Source: Takakia lepidozioides
Taxonomy: Eukaryota; Plantae; Bryophyta
Assembly (NCBI GenBank): GCA_030704615.1
Contig: CM060732.1
Span: 53,506,001-53,570,000 of the forward strand
DNA: 64,000 nucleotides
Direction: 5' to 3'
In this document: in pieces, positions 25,250 to 39,100 of the stretch
Layout: each line of letters opens with the position of its first letter
Position numbering within the stretch: position 1 is the stretch's first letter
Notes under the pieces: generated by a model
Seen by the model: only the letters and a program-made list of their open reading frames with translations
Databases searched by the model: none
Told to the model about the DNA's origin: nothing
Program-made: the position numbers and the translations under genes

Positions 25250-26529
25250 GCCACACCATGTAGCTGAGGGATGGAACGCGATGATCGCAGGATATGCAGG
25301 GGCATGGGATGGAGGCGTTGAGCAAATAATGCGGGAAGGAGGAGAGGAGGAGGAGATGAGACGAGGAGAAGCTCGCAACATTCTTGCGAGCTCGCCGTTC
25401 TTGGGAGAGTCAGCTTGGTCTTAGCAGGTCGTGTTTCAATCTCTGCCTACTCAGCTGCACCGTGGTGGTTCGATCTCACAGACCAATCCGACATTACCTG
25501 ACTACAGACACAAACAGCACACACAAGAGGTCATTTTGGGTTGATGGTCGGTCAAGTCATGACACAAGCTCAAGGACAATGTGGTGAGGGCACCTTCTTC
25601 TTTGACCTATTTCAGCCTGTTTTGCCCTCTCACATCATGTTTGTGTGCATTGCAATGCTTGTGCAAGCCTGGCAGCCCTTGAGAAGGGCAAAGAGGTGCA
25701 TGGGGATATCATCAAAGCTGGAATTGTACCTAATGTCATTCTAAACACTGCCAGGCTGGCAGCTCTGGAAAAGGGGAAGGAGGTCCGTGGTGACATCTTC
25801 AGAGCTGGAATTGTACCAAATGTCATTTTGAACAATACCCTAGTGGACATGTATGCAAAGTGTGGGTGCATCGAGGATGCAAAGGGAGTGTTCAACACTA
25901 TGGCTGAACGAGATGTGGTGTCGTGGAGTGCGATGCTTGCAGGGTATGCACAGCAGGGACGTGGGATGGAGGCTTTGGAGACCTATGAGCAAATGATGGG
26001 GGAAGGGTTCCCGGCCACATCATGTTTGTATGCATTGCAGGCCTGGCAGCTCTGGAAAATGGGAAGGAGGTCCATGGTGACACCTTCGGAGCTGGAATTG
26101 TACCAAATGTCATTTTGAACAATACCCTAGTGGACATGTATGCAAATGTAGGTCATCGAGGATGCAAAGGAGTTTTTCACACTATGGCTGAACGAGATGT
26201 GGTGTCGTGGAATGCGATGCTTGCAGGGTATGCACAGCAGGACGTGGGATGGAGGCTTTGGAGACCTATGAGCAAATGATGGGGGAAGGGGTTCAGCCCG
26301 ACCACATCATTTTTGTATGCATTGCAGGCCTGGCAGCCCTGGAGAAGGGCAAATCGGGTGCATGAGGATATCATCAAAGCTGGAATTGTACCTAATGTCA
26401 TTCAAAACACTGCCCTGGAAGTTCTGGAAAAAAGGAAGGAGTCCATGTGGACACCTTCAAGAGCTGCAATTGTACCAAATGTCATTTTGAACAATACCCT
26501 AGGTAGTGGGCATGTATGCAAAATGTGGG
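25250..26529 (+). pseudogene. Duplicate PDF-exon piece directly joined to PLS PPR fragments
   Basis: 25395-25632 matches 12365-12610, followed by [52 protein letters not shown]. Confidence 0.85.
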
Positions 26530-26767
26530 TGAACCGTCTTATCTTCACGAGAGCGGCAGTCGCGCAGCTCATCTCTCTCGAGTTGAGCCTGCGCGACCGA
26601 CTCCTTCATGCGTTTAGATCTTAGTGTGCTTATGATGGGTGTAGTTGTGTGGGGTGGAGTCCCCATAGCTTGGGGTGCCCCTGGCTCGACTTCTATTTTA
26701 AAGAGTGATAGCGATGGATTTCATATTTCTTGTGTTGAGAGTGTGTGTCCTTTAGCTTTTCTTATCA
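26530..26767 (+). repeat. Dispersed ~240-bp repeat with an inverted copy at 44408-44650
   Basis: tgaaccgtcttatcttcacgagagcggcag...ttagcttttcttatca is near-identical to the reverse complement of 44408-44650. Confidence 0.88.
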
Positions 26768-26920
26768 TTGTGGCTGACTACTTTATTGTGCCTATATGTG
26801 TGGTGTGGTTTGGACAACGATGTAGTTGTGTAGCGATACGTATGCGCACGACAGTGAAATATACTCAATGAAACTACGTGTGATCGAGTTGTTCCACTCG
26901 ATTAGTTTTTCCTTGCAATC

Positions 26921-27150
26921 ATTTTCTTTTTTTCTTTTTTTAAAAGAAACCTGGGAGCGACTGCTCACAATTCAGGCCCTTGAGGAGGGGGAAAAATTAA
27001 CCCCCTGTCAGGTAAGCCATTAGGCACACAAGGGGGAACGTCACCACCAAACCAACTGGTCACAAACAATCCACACACCAGGCAGGGCAGCAGGTTTGAA
27101 CCCCAAACCACGAGGGCAACATACTGTGCACTTACCAGCTGATGTGCATT
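26921..27150 (-). mobile_element. tRNA-derived SINE-like element (second copy)
   Basis: Minus strand reads cagctggtaag...ggggttcaaacc with an A-rich tail; homologous to 11660-11868. Confidence 0.6.
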
Positions 27151-29184
27151 TCTCTTTGAAGTTGCATTAATGATTATGATTATATACATAACAATGTTTT
27201 CTTTCCACTAGTAACATGGAGATGTCCACCTACCAAATGAAAAGCAATAGTCTTTTGGGTGAAGTGACACCATAAGTTGTCATTGCTTCGACAAGAGTCT
27301 TGCTTCCTTTATATTAGGCACATGATCATGTTATAATTTGAAATAAATCTAAAGATCATAAAGGCGTTACGATTTTTGAAGCAGCGCCGATGATGAATTG
27401 GTTATTAATGTTTTGTTAAAGTAGAGAGATTTTTTTTTTAAACATGTAGATGTATCTTGTTAAAATGGATATTTTTAATTATGTTGTGAACTACATATGG
27501 GATAGAAAATTATTAGAGTAAATTACATAAGGGTATTCTGACAACCTATTTTTGCAATATTACATACATAATACTTTAAAATTTAAGACAGTGCATATAT
27601 ACAAAATATTATTCTATTCACAAAATTTACATTACATGTGTCATGGTTTTTGTTGTGATTAGTTAGAAATAGTTATTTCTAACTAATTAGGACATATACA
27701 TTTATATTTGTATTTTGTTGGCATTAGGACTTCATTTGGTTCTATGTGCCAAGTGAGGTGGCGACCCTCACTTGGGACGTGGAGAGGTTATCTCCACGTG
27801 AGACGTAGGCAGGCTCGTCTTCTTCTAGTCGAGCCTCCCGAGGCCTCTCTCGCCGCCATAGCTCTAGTACTTGAGATGAAGAGTGGGTGAGGTCTGTATA
27901 GTGGAGTCATTTAACAAATGTGTCATTGGCTTGACTTATACAACGTGATAGAGTGGGTTCACCTCTTTTCACCATTTCCGTATCACTAGAAGAAGACTTG
28001 CTTACATCGATGAATACAAGGTGTTAGCATAGTTTAGCACTTGTATGGAGGAGAGCTTGGTAGATAGCTCTTAAGTTACAAGGTGTTATAGGTTTTGCAA
28101 GAGGAAAGCCTTGTGGTGTTTATGTACAAGAGGAGGTCTTCAAGGAGAGCCCCATTGAAAAATTTGAGAGCTTGTGAAGAAGCTCTTGTTCTGCAAGTGT
28201 TGCAGGGTTTGAGGAGTTCAAGAAAAGCTCGGGTGTTAAGGAAGCAAGCGGTGCATGTGTGGAGCATGGTTTCAGCTTGTGGGAGCCTTCAACTTCAAGC
28301 TTAGGAGAGCTATGAGTGGAGGTAGACATCTGATTTCTCTTTGGGGCAGAATAGTGTATTTGGAGAGCATGCTTTGAGTTGGGGTTTCAATCCCAATCTT
28401 GGGAAGATCATGTCTATGGAAGTGGCAAGTGCGGGGCTGGATTAGGAGCTCTAAGAGGTGCACTATGGCCATGGAAGGAAGCACTATGAGTGCATGCGAT
28501 GGCTAGAAGAGGGTATGCCATAGAAAGCTCAATAGCTTGTTCTATGCTTGTTTCAATAAGTTCCATAGAGAAAGAGAGTTTGTTGTATGGCAAATAGCTT
28601 GCTCAGGGAGTTTAGAGGCACTCTTGGTGGTCTATTGATGCTCAAGAAACCAAGAACAATACCTCTGGTTGCTCCATAGAAGCCATAGCTCGACAACCAT
28701 CAGAATTAAAGGAGAAAGACCTCGGAACCAGCGTACCTCACTTTACAAAAGTCTATATGACAAATTAGGTTTTGTATTTGTGCACATTATCTGGGGATCA
28801 TTTGCTTTGATCTCTTCTGCGCATTGACGTTCCAATGCGAGATGCCAGACATGAAATAAATGATCAGAATCAAGGGAGAAAGACCTTGGAACCAGCGTGA
28901 GCCCACTTCATCAGGTTTTTGGCTGCATGCAAATACGAGTTGGCTCTCTCTATATTCAGTGGAGCAACAAATGCAGAAAAGCAAAACGGCGCAAACCCTA
29001 GCTTGGTAACGCGTGGGAACTCGAGAGAACGTGCGAGAACGTTTGGGAACTCCTTGGAACGTGTCGGGACGCGTGGGAACATTGCCCCAGGATTGGGAGC
29101 ACCACCATTGATCCATCTGATGAACTATTGAGCCAGTGGATGAAAATCGGCGCTCCTTAATGAGAATCGGTTGCAGTGACCTTG

Positions 29185-30010
29185 GTATCAGATGAAATAT
29201 CGTGCTATCGGATGAAATATCGCGCTATCGGATGAGAAATTTAAGCGACGGATGAAACTGCATCAGCGGATGAAATCGTGGCAGTGGAAGAACTATCGTG
29301 CCATTGGATGAAAAATCACGGCGACGGATGAAATTGCGCCAGCGGATGAAATATCGGACATGTGGATGAGAAATCACGGTTTTGGATGAAATTTGGTCAA
29401 TAACGGATGAAAAATCGACTGACTGTGGATATTTTGAGGATTATTTGGGGTCTATCGAGGCCAATATCTAGCAGGAATTGGGGCCTGCTTTGAGGACTAT
29501 TTGGGGTCCATTGAAGCCAATATCTTGCAGGCTCGTGGAGCCTGCTTGGGGCTTGTTTGAGGACTATTTGGGGTCCTTTGAGGCCAATGTTTTGTAGGCC
29601 TATGGAGCCTTCTGAGGGCTAGTTGGAGGATGATTGGAGGTCATTGGAGGCCCATATTGGGCAGACTTATGGAGCTTTCTAAGAGCTCTTTGGGGGACTA
29701 TTGGAGGTCCTTGGGAGCAAATACTTGGCAGATTTGAGGAGCTTCTTAAGGGATGTTGGAGGACTGTTGGAGGTCCTTGGAGGCCAATACTTGGCACATT
29801 TGAGAAGCTTCTTAAGGGTTGTTGCAGGACTGGTGGAGGTCCTTGGAGGCCAATACTTGGCAGATTTGAGGAGTTTCTTAAGGGTTGTTGGAGGTCCTTG
29901 GAGGCCAATACTTGGCAGATTTGTGGAGCTTCTTAAGGGCTGTTTGGAGGACTATTGGAGGTCCTTGGGGGCCATATTGGGCAGGCTTGTGGAGCCATTG
30001 TGAGGGCTGG
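29185..30010. repeat. Two abutting minisatellite arrays: ~20-bp ggatgaaa units and ~60-65-bp ggaggtccttggaggccaata units
   Basis: Periodicity visible by eye; repetitive translation GGPWRPILG. Confidence 0.85.
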
Positions 30011-30199
30011 TTGGAGACCTTGGAGGCCCCTAATTGGCGGGCGCCTAGGGCCTTTTGGTGGAGTGTTTGGAGTCCAAGTTTGTGAACTTTTTGAACCTCG
30101 GTGGGTCTATGTTATGGGTTGATTGAGGGCAGATTTCAGAAGTTCATGGCAAATAATTTGAGGGCTCTTGAGAGTTATTTGAGAGGTTCTTTAAGGATA

Positions 30200-30638
30200 G
30201 TCTTATCTATTGCTCGAGCAAGAGTGAGTGTGAAGATAGGGGGAGTAATGGGATGAGAGCATTCTGGGCTTAGAGATTGTTTTAGCTTCCCTTCTCTATA
30301 GTCTTCCATCATTCTTGTAGGCCAAAGCTTTTCCGTAAGCGGAGGCAAAGCTAGTTTGGATAGAGACTTGGCCATCTTGCAGGTTTATTGGAGCCGCAAG
30401 GAGATCGATTGATTTAAGGTGTGGGAGGTGTTGTTGTTTGAGTTTCGTTTGTTTGGATCCTCCTCCCACACATGCATGCTTGATTGTGCGCCATGCTAGT
30501 TTGGTTTGGGCGCTTACTTTTATAGGTGGTTGTGACGGAAATATTGTGGCCGGCCAACCCTAGAGCGTGCTGTCGGTGGTGAGGCTGGGGTGATGACCAG
30601 CAGACCATCATTGTTTCACTTATGGTGAGGCTGTTTGG
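30200..30638 (+). mobile_element. 5' leader of element A (copy Y)
   Basis: Homologous to the reverse complement of ~41010-41420, clearest at 30415-30635. Confidence 0.75.
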
Positions 30639-31670
30639 ACCTGCAATAGGGATGAATGTAGATCAAGTGTCTGAGGACCCTGAGGCCAGCAATGAGCAAG
30701 GTGGCGCCAAAGATATACATGAGGATTCAGTTGTGTTGGACTACCTCTGCACTGGAGACACTGCAGCCACTGTGACTGCCAAGGAGAGGGATCGGATCCT
30801 ACAACGAGCCAAGAGGTTCAAGTGGGAGGGGACACACCTGCTCCGAGTGTGGGAGGATGGTCGAGTGAGGATTGTGCCTCACCCAACACAGCGGGCACGG
30901 TTAGTGCGGCATGCCCATGAGGAGTTGGGGCATTTTGGGGTGCGACGCACTCATAGTCTACTGCAGGGGCAGTATTGGTGGCGTGGTATGCACACAGATG
31001 TGCAACAATTTGTGGCTAGGTGCATGGTGTGTGACAGGGTGCGTGCTTCATTCAACGCCCCTACTCCACAATTGCACCCTCTTCCGATCATGGGATTGGG
31101 CTACTGGTGGAGTCTTGACTTCGCAGGGCCATTGCCACTGACCATGCGCCACAACAAGTACGTGTTGGTGATGGTGGAGCACTTCTCCAAATGGATTGAG
31201 TTGGTTCCATTGCCTAATAAGGCTAGTGAGGGAGCTGCGTATGCATTCTTGGATTGTGTGCTTAGCCGATTCGGTGCTCCAGCTGAGGTACTCACGGACC
31301 AAGGGAGAGAGTTCTTGGGGGAGTTTCAGGCTTTGTGTAACAAGGCCTTGATAGACCACTGCACCACTTCTCGGGATCATCCTGAGGCCGATGGCTTGGC
31401 AGAGAGAGTTGTTCAGACAGTAAAGAGGGGTTTGCGCAAGTATGGCTTGCAGAAGGGACACCTAGGAGATTGGGACCTTCAGTTACCCTGGTTAGCCATG
31501 GGCTACAGGTTCAGCAAGCAAGCATCACTTGCCTCCTTCTCACCATACTTTCTTCTTTTTGGCCGAGAGCCGGATTTGCCTACATCCATTCGTAGGAGAA
31601 GCTGCTACAGTTCTTAATCTTGACGATCCAGACGTGTGGGCACGTGCATGTGAGCAGCGTGCAGAGTTGT
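30639..31670 (+). mobile_element. Element A integrase (HHCC and DDE)
   Basis: ORF 30622-31617: HEELGHFG, CMVC, SLDFAGP, TDQGREF, HPEADGLAER, SPYFLLFG. Confidence 0.95.
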
Positions 31671-31679
31671 TCAATCTCA

Positions 31680-32345
31680 AAGGGCAAAAGATGAATTGTC
31701 ATTTCTTTACCAAGACAAAACAAAGATCTGCTCATCTTGCCATTCTTATTCTCCGAGATTCATCCAATCTCCCTCGCTCCCTTCCAAAAGCTCTTTCATC
31801 TATCGCCTTTAATTATTTCTGCAGGCTCTTTGCGGTTGACCCTGTTTCCTATGATGTTCTAGCTGCTTGTGAGACTGCTTGAACTGATTTCCCTCACAAA
31901 CTTTTGGACCACCAATCACCTCTTTTAAACCAAGAGCTTTCCTAGGAGGAATTATGGGAAGCGAGTGAAATCTTAAGGATCTCAAAGCCCGTGGTCTAGA
32001 CGACGTGCCCATAGAATTTCAGAAAGCCCTTTGGCTCTCAATCTCTGGGATTTTTTGGCCATAGCGACTGATATCCTTCTTAAAGGGATTATGCCATCCC
32101 AGATGTCCCAAGGGTTGTCTTTAAGAAAAGCGCGTCGGACTTAATCTCTAATTACCGTTATATTACCCTCATTCATCTAGAACAAACTGGTTTTGCCAAA
32201 AACCGTCTCATTTTCAATGACGTTCTTTTGCCTATGAGGCCTTAGACTATGCTGAAGCAACCAATAACCTTTTGGCCCTTATCATGCTTAAATTTGAATA
32301 AGCATTTGACAGGATCAACTAGGCTTTTCTCTTTGGGGCTCATCG
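31680..32345 (+). mobile_element. Decayed L1-like LINE RT fragment
   Basis: KARGLDDVPIEF, NYR.ITL, GFAKNRLI, EALDYA..LIMLKFE*AFDRI. Confidence 0.7.
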
Positions 32346-32429
32346 CCGTTTTATTTATTTTATTTTATTTTATTTTTTAAATCTTGGTTTCAAATTAGAC
32401 GATGGATGACATATATTCTTGAAATCTAT

Positions 32430-32897
32430 ACCACATGCACGGTCAAAACCAGGTTTTATGGAAGTCCATTTGGCATATCCTCAAGAGATTGTTGCTCTGC
32501 ATGAGTTCATCTCGTGGAAAGAACGTCAAGTAGCAAGACACATCATGGTATTTCTCCAAGATCCCTTTGATCCAATCTGGGCTCGGCTCCCTATCGCCTT
32601 CTCCCTTCACTTGTCTTACGTAAAGCAAAAACTGGGGCTCGTGTGACTCCTCCACGGCCCACTCCCTTGCTGACAGAAGGTTATTTGCCCTCCCACGGGG
32701 TTGGGCATTTTCGATACTCGTAAAACTTCGCCACCATTCCCACACGGTAACGTGACTACTCTCTTGCGGCCATCTATGACCGCTCCGGATTTGCTCAAAA
32801 AGGTCACCCCCAAAATGAGATCCACTCCATCGATCTCGCAAATGGTGAAGTTCTCACGTCCCTCCCAACTCCCCAGTTGAAGAGGAACATCGAACAA
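32430..32897 (-). mobile_element. Element B protease C-half and linker
   Basis: LFDVPLQLGSWEGRENFTICEIDGVDLILG..., WIKGILEKYHDV. Confidence 0.75.
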
Positions 32898-35800
32898 CTC
32901 AGGATATCGCTGTGTGAGCAAGGCGATGTGGCGCATAGAAATACACCGAGCTATCTCATCCTTCTCTACATACAAGTACTTACGTACTTTAATCCCTCCT
33001 TGCAATACTCTTGCAAGCCCAGTGCTTATGCCTCCAAACAGGTCTAGTAAAAAAATCCCTGAGTCAGGTGGTTGCCAGATAATGGGCACTGTGTCCAAAG
33101 GAGCTAACTCAGGAGGTCCAGGTGATGTCACTAAACTCCCTTCACTCATCAATGAAAAGGCCTTCTGCCATGCTTGGTGCACACACTCGCCTGCTACTCA
33201 ATGCAAATTCCGATCCGTACCCCACATTGGAATATGCACAGGCACATGAGGAAGCACATCAGCCTTATATGCCAATTGTTTGTCCTCAACAGGTAATGGC
33301 CTATCATTGCATGGCTATTGCCCTCCAAGAGCTCACCACCCCAAGCCACCACCCTTGAAAATGCAGCCAATGTAGGCATCATGTTCCTATGATCCACTGC
33401 TACATTCCCAATAAACCGCACTGGGAGTAGTGCATGTCGGCCATCTCCTGACTGCCATTCCGGCCTGTAGGATGTCGTTACCTCCCAAAAGTCCAGAATG
33501 AATCCCATGGGGTATAACACCCCCCAACCAAAAGCACATCATAAGATATCGCGTCCGTAACAATGGCTTTAACTCTCATGACTGAGCCGTCCGTAGGATG
33601 ATCCGGCTGCAATCGAATGAAGAGCTCATGGCGTGTAATCCCTCGTACCTTCTCTGAACCGCCCAAAGATGTTTGAATTTGGAAATGGCAAGGCTCCAAA
33701 TCCGCCTCTGTGAGGCCCAAGCCTGCAATTGCTGCTCTTTCCCAACATCAATGGCTGTGCTCCCGATTCCAACAAGACCAGCAATGGCTTGTACCTCCTC
33801 CCGGCTGGGCCACCCAACTAAAACACACCATCCTCATTGTCCATCAGGACTACCCCAGGAGTCACCATACTGCGCTCAATGGCTGGCCTAGCTGGCAACT
33901 CCTGCAACCTTGCAGCTGCCGCTTGCCATGGCGCAGTTGTGGCTGTCTTCATCCTTGAATCTAGGGCATCCATGCATGGCAACTTACCCACTATCCCTGC
34001 AGATAGTGTTGATGCATCACCACTCTCACAGAGTGCAGCTGCCAGTCTAAACACTGCAGCTAGCTGCATCACCGGCATTGCAATTGTCGTGGCAGAAAAC
34101 AATGGAGCTTGGCAAATTGTTGTAGCCGCCCCCAACAATGTACTGGATGCACCTTGCTTTGCTGCACCACCCACTAGCATTTCCCGAGCTACACCAATTC
34201 TCCCCAATGGCGCTCCTGGCTCTACCTCTGATACACTTGGGCGAGCGGGTGTCGTCAATGACGTAGTTGACACTGTCTCAGCCAATGTGAAAAACTGTGG
34301 AAGCCTTGTATGTCGACTTGCTTCCCCTCTTTGTGGATCAAAATCCACATCCGTTCCTCTTGGCTCAGGAGCACGAGTTGCTGCTCGAGTAACAGCAGCT
34401 GCAGAGTCCACATGCAATGGTCCTACAAGTGCGGCTCCATACATGAAGCCCATGTCAATCTGGTCTTTCTTAGGCATAGGAGGTTGTGCAGGTGAGGCTT
34501 AAACCTCAGGCCTTGGAACTGGCGCAACAAGAGTAGTGGCCATGGAAGTCCAAGGCAATAATAAACATGAAATGAGTACACTCACCTGATACAATGGCAG
34601 GGCAAGCCTATCCACCATGTCTTGGTCATGACCTTGACCTTGACTCTGTGCTCCTTGGTTTTGGTTACGACCTCCACCCCGACCTCTGCCTCCTCTACCT
34701 CTCTAGACTACATTGCCTCGTCCTCGGTCACCATTGTTCCCTTGGAACTAGCCTGGCCGTAGCTCAGGATGTAGGTCATAACAATGGGCCTCTTCATGCC
34801 CATACTTGCCACAATGCCCACACTGTAGTTGTGTAGGCTGTGCTTGTGCTGGCCCTTTGCCTCTCTCTAGGCAATCTCTCTTAACATGGGGTCCTCCACA
34901 ATCCCAACATGTCACACCCGACTGTTGTTGGCTTGAGAATGAAGGAAGTGACCTCTGCAACTAAGATCCTCTCTACCTTCCCTGGGCTTTGCCTGAGCCC
35001 CCTTGTTGCCTTGAGCATATTGGGGTAGTGGTTGTTGTTGGCTAGGAGCCTCACTTTGTTGTTTCTCCTTACCAAACCCCACCATGACCACTCGATTCTC
35101 CACCATATTGAGCTCTTTCCGCTCTGCCAGCAAAAACACGTTTGCTAAGCTGGCTTGAGCCACTTGTAAAAGAGTTGCATCCCGTACCCTTCTCCTCAGT
35201 TCCTTGTCCAATATCCCATACCAGAATTGGACTGCTTGAGCTTCCGTAACCCCTTGGGTTATATTTATCAATCGCCTCATGCGCGTGTAAGCCTCCCTCA
35301 AACTCTCAGTAGGCTTGCGATGGAATTCTTGCAAGCTCCGCAATTTATCCGTCCTCATCCCCTGGTAGTTTCTCCTCAACTCCTCGAAGAACTCCACAAC
35401 TGGGTTAAAGGCAGGCACGGGTGCTGGTGCTGCAGCAGGAGCTTGAGTGGATTTCCCAGCTCCATCTTTACTTGTCCCACTACTAGTACTTGCAGTTGGG
35501 GATGTTGGTGTAGCTGCTGGTGTCGCCGCTGCCCTTATGCCTCTGTGATGGAGATGTAGTCAGGTGACCAATATTGTCACCACTCCTCAATCTCCACCTT
35601 ATTTCCCCGCCTAAACTCATGGTAGTCATCCATAGGCAGCCCCTCAAGGTGCTGAAACAGCCCCTTCCACGCCATAAAAGGCGTAAACAGTTGTGGATTG
35701 CGCATCTGCTGTAAATCACACCAACTATCAAACTCATGTATGAAATCATCAAGCTCGATGGTGCCCACAGCTCCAGAGTACCGACGTGGCCCCTTGGTAG

Positions 35801-36170
35801 CTCCATACATTTCCTCCATCGTATCCCACAACAATGGAAATGGCTTGCACCCTTGGAGAGAATCCTCCTAACTCTGAGTTTGAACTTTCCTCAAAAGACA
35901 CTGAAGGTGAAGATGGCCTAAACCGCATACCTCGTCTTGTATGCCCACTAGTATCGTTGGTGCTCGAACTGGCACTCTCCTCAGCAACTGGTGGCACCTC
36001 CGTGATGAAAACTCACACTCAAACCGGTTATCAACTTGTCTCTAATCCCCCTTTTCACAAGGTAACCGGGTAGAGAATTTATTGTGGCTTATGGTTTGGA
36101 ATACTATGTTCCTAACCTGAACCTGCACTTGCACCTGCATCCACCGCAGGCACTCCTATGGTCTGCTGGT
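32898..36170 (-). mobile_element. Element A copy Y: leader, gag, zinc knuckles, protease and C5-MTase N-terminus
   Basis: Gag ELDDFIHEFDSWCDLQ, ESLREAYTRM; CWDCGGPHVKRDC and CGHCGKYGHEEAHC; LLESGAQ..YDVLL protease-like; LLDLFGGISTG, YLYVEKDE. Confidence 0.9.
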
Positions 36171-39100
36171 TTGGCCTTCCGCTGCCAAGATACACATAAA
36201 TGCAGATGCATGCCATCCGGGCACCATCTCCTCGTCCGTCTCACCATGCCACCGAGCTCCAATGTCATCCTGCTGGTTCGTGCATGGATTGCGACTCAAC
36301 CCATCTGCATTGCGATTGACCAAACCCGGTCGATGCACTACCTGAAAGTCATACTCTTGAAGGATGAGTGCTCACCGTGCAAGCTTCCCCATAAGCTTGT
36401 CTGACTCCATCAACCACTTGAGTGGTTGGTGATCCGTGATAAGGGTGAAGAGATTGACGTATAGATAGCACCTGAAGTGTGCTACGGCCCACACTGCAGC
36501 TAAGCATTCTCCCTCATATGAGCTATACTTAGACTCAGCAGCATAGTTCGAGCGGCTAGCGTAAGCCACTATGAACTCTCTTCCCTCATCATCCACCTGT
36601 GTGAGCACCGCTCCAAGCCCCAGCATGCTCCAATCTGTATGCAGCTGAAAAGGACGCCCCCTAATAGGTCGTCTCAAGATGGGCGCCGAGGTCAACCTCG
36701 CCTTGAGCTCTTGAAAAGCTTGTTCTTGCTCATCTTCCCACTGCCAGTCCTGGTCCACCTTGGTCAGCTTGGTTAGAGCCTTTGCAATGGCACTAAATCC
36801 CTTAACAAACCGTCTGTAATAGTTTGCTAACCCCATGAAAACTCAAACTCGGCTCACATCCGTGGGGCATGGAACCTGTGCAATGGACTCTACCTTAGTC
36901 TGCTGTACCCCCAATCCTCCAGGATATATCATGTGACCCAGATACTCAATCTGGTTGTGGAAAATCTTGCACTTTCCCGTATGTAACTTCAATCCGTGCG
37001 TCCTCAAGCGCTCAAATACCCCCTGAAGGTGTCTCTCATGCTCCTCTACCGTAGCACTAAAGATGATGATTTCATCTATGTAGCACCGAGCAAACTCCAC
37101 CCCTGCTAGAATCCTGTCCACGACCCTTTGAAACTCAGCAGGAGCGTTTTTAAGCCCAAATGGTAAGAACCGCCACTGGTACAGGCAATCCTTCCTGTGC
37201 TCATTGATCCCCCATAATGCCGTCTTTTGCTTATCCGCCTCCTTGATCGGCAACTGGTGATATCCGGATCGTAAATCCAACGTGCTAAAGACCTTGGAAT
37301 GCCCAATGGCATCAAAGATCTCCTCTGGTGTCGGCATGGCATACTATCGGACTTGGTCTGACGATTTACAGGCCGGTAATCACCGCACATACGTCTCTCC
37401 GTCCAATTGCCATAGACATCTTTCTTGGCTGGCATCACTGTGGCTGAAGCATACTCTCCACCAGAGAGCTCCACCAAACCTGCCTCCCACAGATCCTGAG
37501 TTCTCATCTGAATCAAGGACCGCTCCATGTCACTGTATCTATAGGGTCTCCGAAAGATTGGCGTGTCAGTAGCCAATTCAATGCGAATCTCTTGACCCTT
37601 CAGTGCTCCCAAGTCCTTCAAACTGAAGGCAAAGCAATTCCTGTAAGCCCTCAGGAACCGCCGCATACATCGTCTCTCTCCTCCGGTGACAATGGGTCCA
37701 ATGTCAGGCTCCCAATTGTCCTCCGTAACTGCAACCTTAAGTCCAGTGGGCTTAGAGGTAGAGGACGCATCCCGTGGTTGCTATGCTGCAACCTCTTGAG
37801 CAGTACTCCCTTCCTGCTCAGTCAATGACAAGGCCTCATCCTGCCCCATCATCTCATCATTGAGAACCTCCTCAACCCGAGAAGAATCCCCAACCTCATC
37901 CATCACAGCTGTCTTGGCTGCCAACTCCCTCTGGACCTCGAACACCTCCCACGTGTGCCATGGATGTCTACACCCCGTGGTCCTCACCGGCTCGCCCCCA
38001 CTCGCTGTCTGTACCGTCTCGGTAGGCAGAGAGACCGTCAAGGGAAGTGCACTCCGCACTCTACGTTGCTCAGCCATAGCCAAGCTGATAATCCACGTCA
38101 AGCAATTGAGATCCATTGCTTGCCCCAACACCTGATGACGTGATGCCTCAGAAAGAGAAGGCACCGCCGTGGTCCCAGTGGAAAACCCCATTGCCCACTC
38201 TCGCTCGTCGGCATTAGGCTCCACTAACTGTTACAACTGAGCATCCCACAGGAGGCCAGGTCCACCATCCCGAAAAGCATGGGATCCTGGGAAGTTGAGC
38301 AGTGTAGGTAATGCTGCTCGTGGTTGACCCACCCTGATGACCACTGCCAAAGGCGAACGGTCATCGTGTCTCACACGTTGAGACTGCCTCCCTGTGTCCA
38401 AAATGTTGTCCACTATGAGGTGTGTTGGCCGCTGCACCCCATCAAATGCACACTTGAGCAGTGCGGGTGGCATCAAGTTAGTCCACCATAGCCGTGGACG
38501 ATGAGCCCGTGATCCCACTGCAGCTGCATCCAACAGCACTGCTGACCCAAGCCACGACCGGACTTGATGCACACTGGCCATCACCCTGGCCCGAGAATCG
38601 CCCATCAGTGGTACATTCTCCAAGATGTATGCTGACGACACAGCTTGATGAAGCTGCAAGTGGCGCAAAATCCGCACCATCTCCCAAAACAGACCCGTCC
38701 TCGAGTCTCGCAATCCATTGCCATGCCCGGCTGATGAATGCCCTTGGCAGGGCCAACCTGCCACTACCAGATCAATGGAGCCAACTTGCTCCAAATCCGG
38801 CGCCCCCAGCAACGAAATGTCTGCTGGCAAGGCTTGTTGGTATCCACGAACTGCAGACACTGGCAACAAAGCAGGGTACTGCTGTACCAACTGAGCAACA
38901 TGACGCAGTGAGACGCGTCATGCAGTCTCATCCCTCTCCACATACAGGTAACGCCTTACCCGCACACCTGCCTGTAGCACAGCAGCCAATCCGGTGCTGA
39001 TCCCGCCAAACAAGTCCAGAAGGCAAATGCCTTCATCCGGATATTGCCACACAATAGGTGTGGTATCCAATGGTGACAACTGAGGTGGTCCTAGTGGCTG

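Noticed and set aside
29181-29192. PBS-like TGGTATCAGA
   Set aside because: Partial match, not preceded by a CA LTR end, and it merges into the ggatgaaa repeats.
29600-30085. Repetitive ORFs on both strands
   Set aside because: By-products of the minisatellite.
33837-34502. 221-aa + strand ORF and similar antisense ORFs (e.g. 19507-19995, 38494-39000)
   Set aside because: These are shadows of GC-rich gag-pol on the opposite strand, with no motifs.
38080-39030. Bacterial restriction-modification MTase or contamination; host DRM gene
   Set aside because: The domain is embedded collinearly in Gypsy gag-pol in several copies, has no intron or partner nuclease, and its motif order is not permuted as in DRM.
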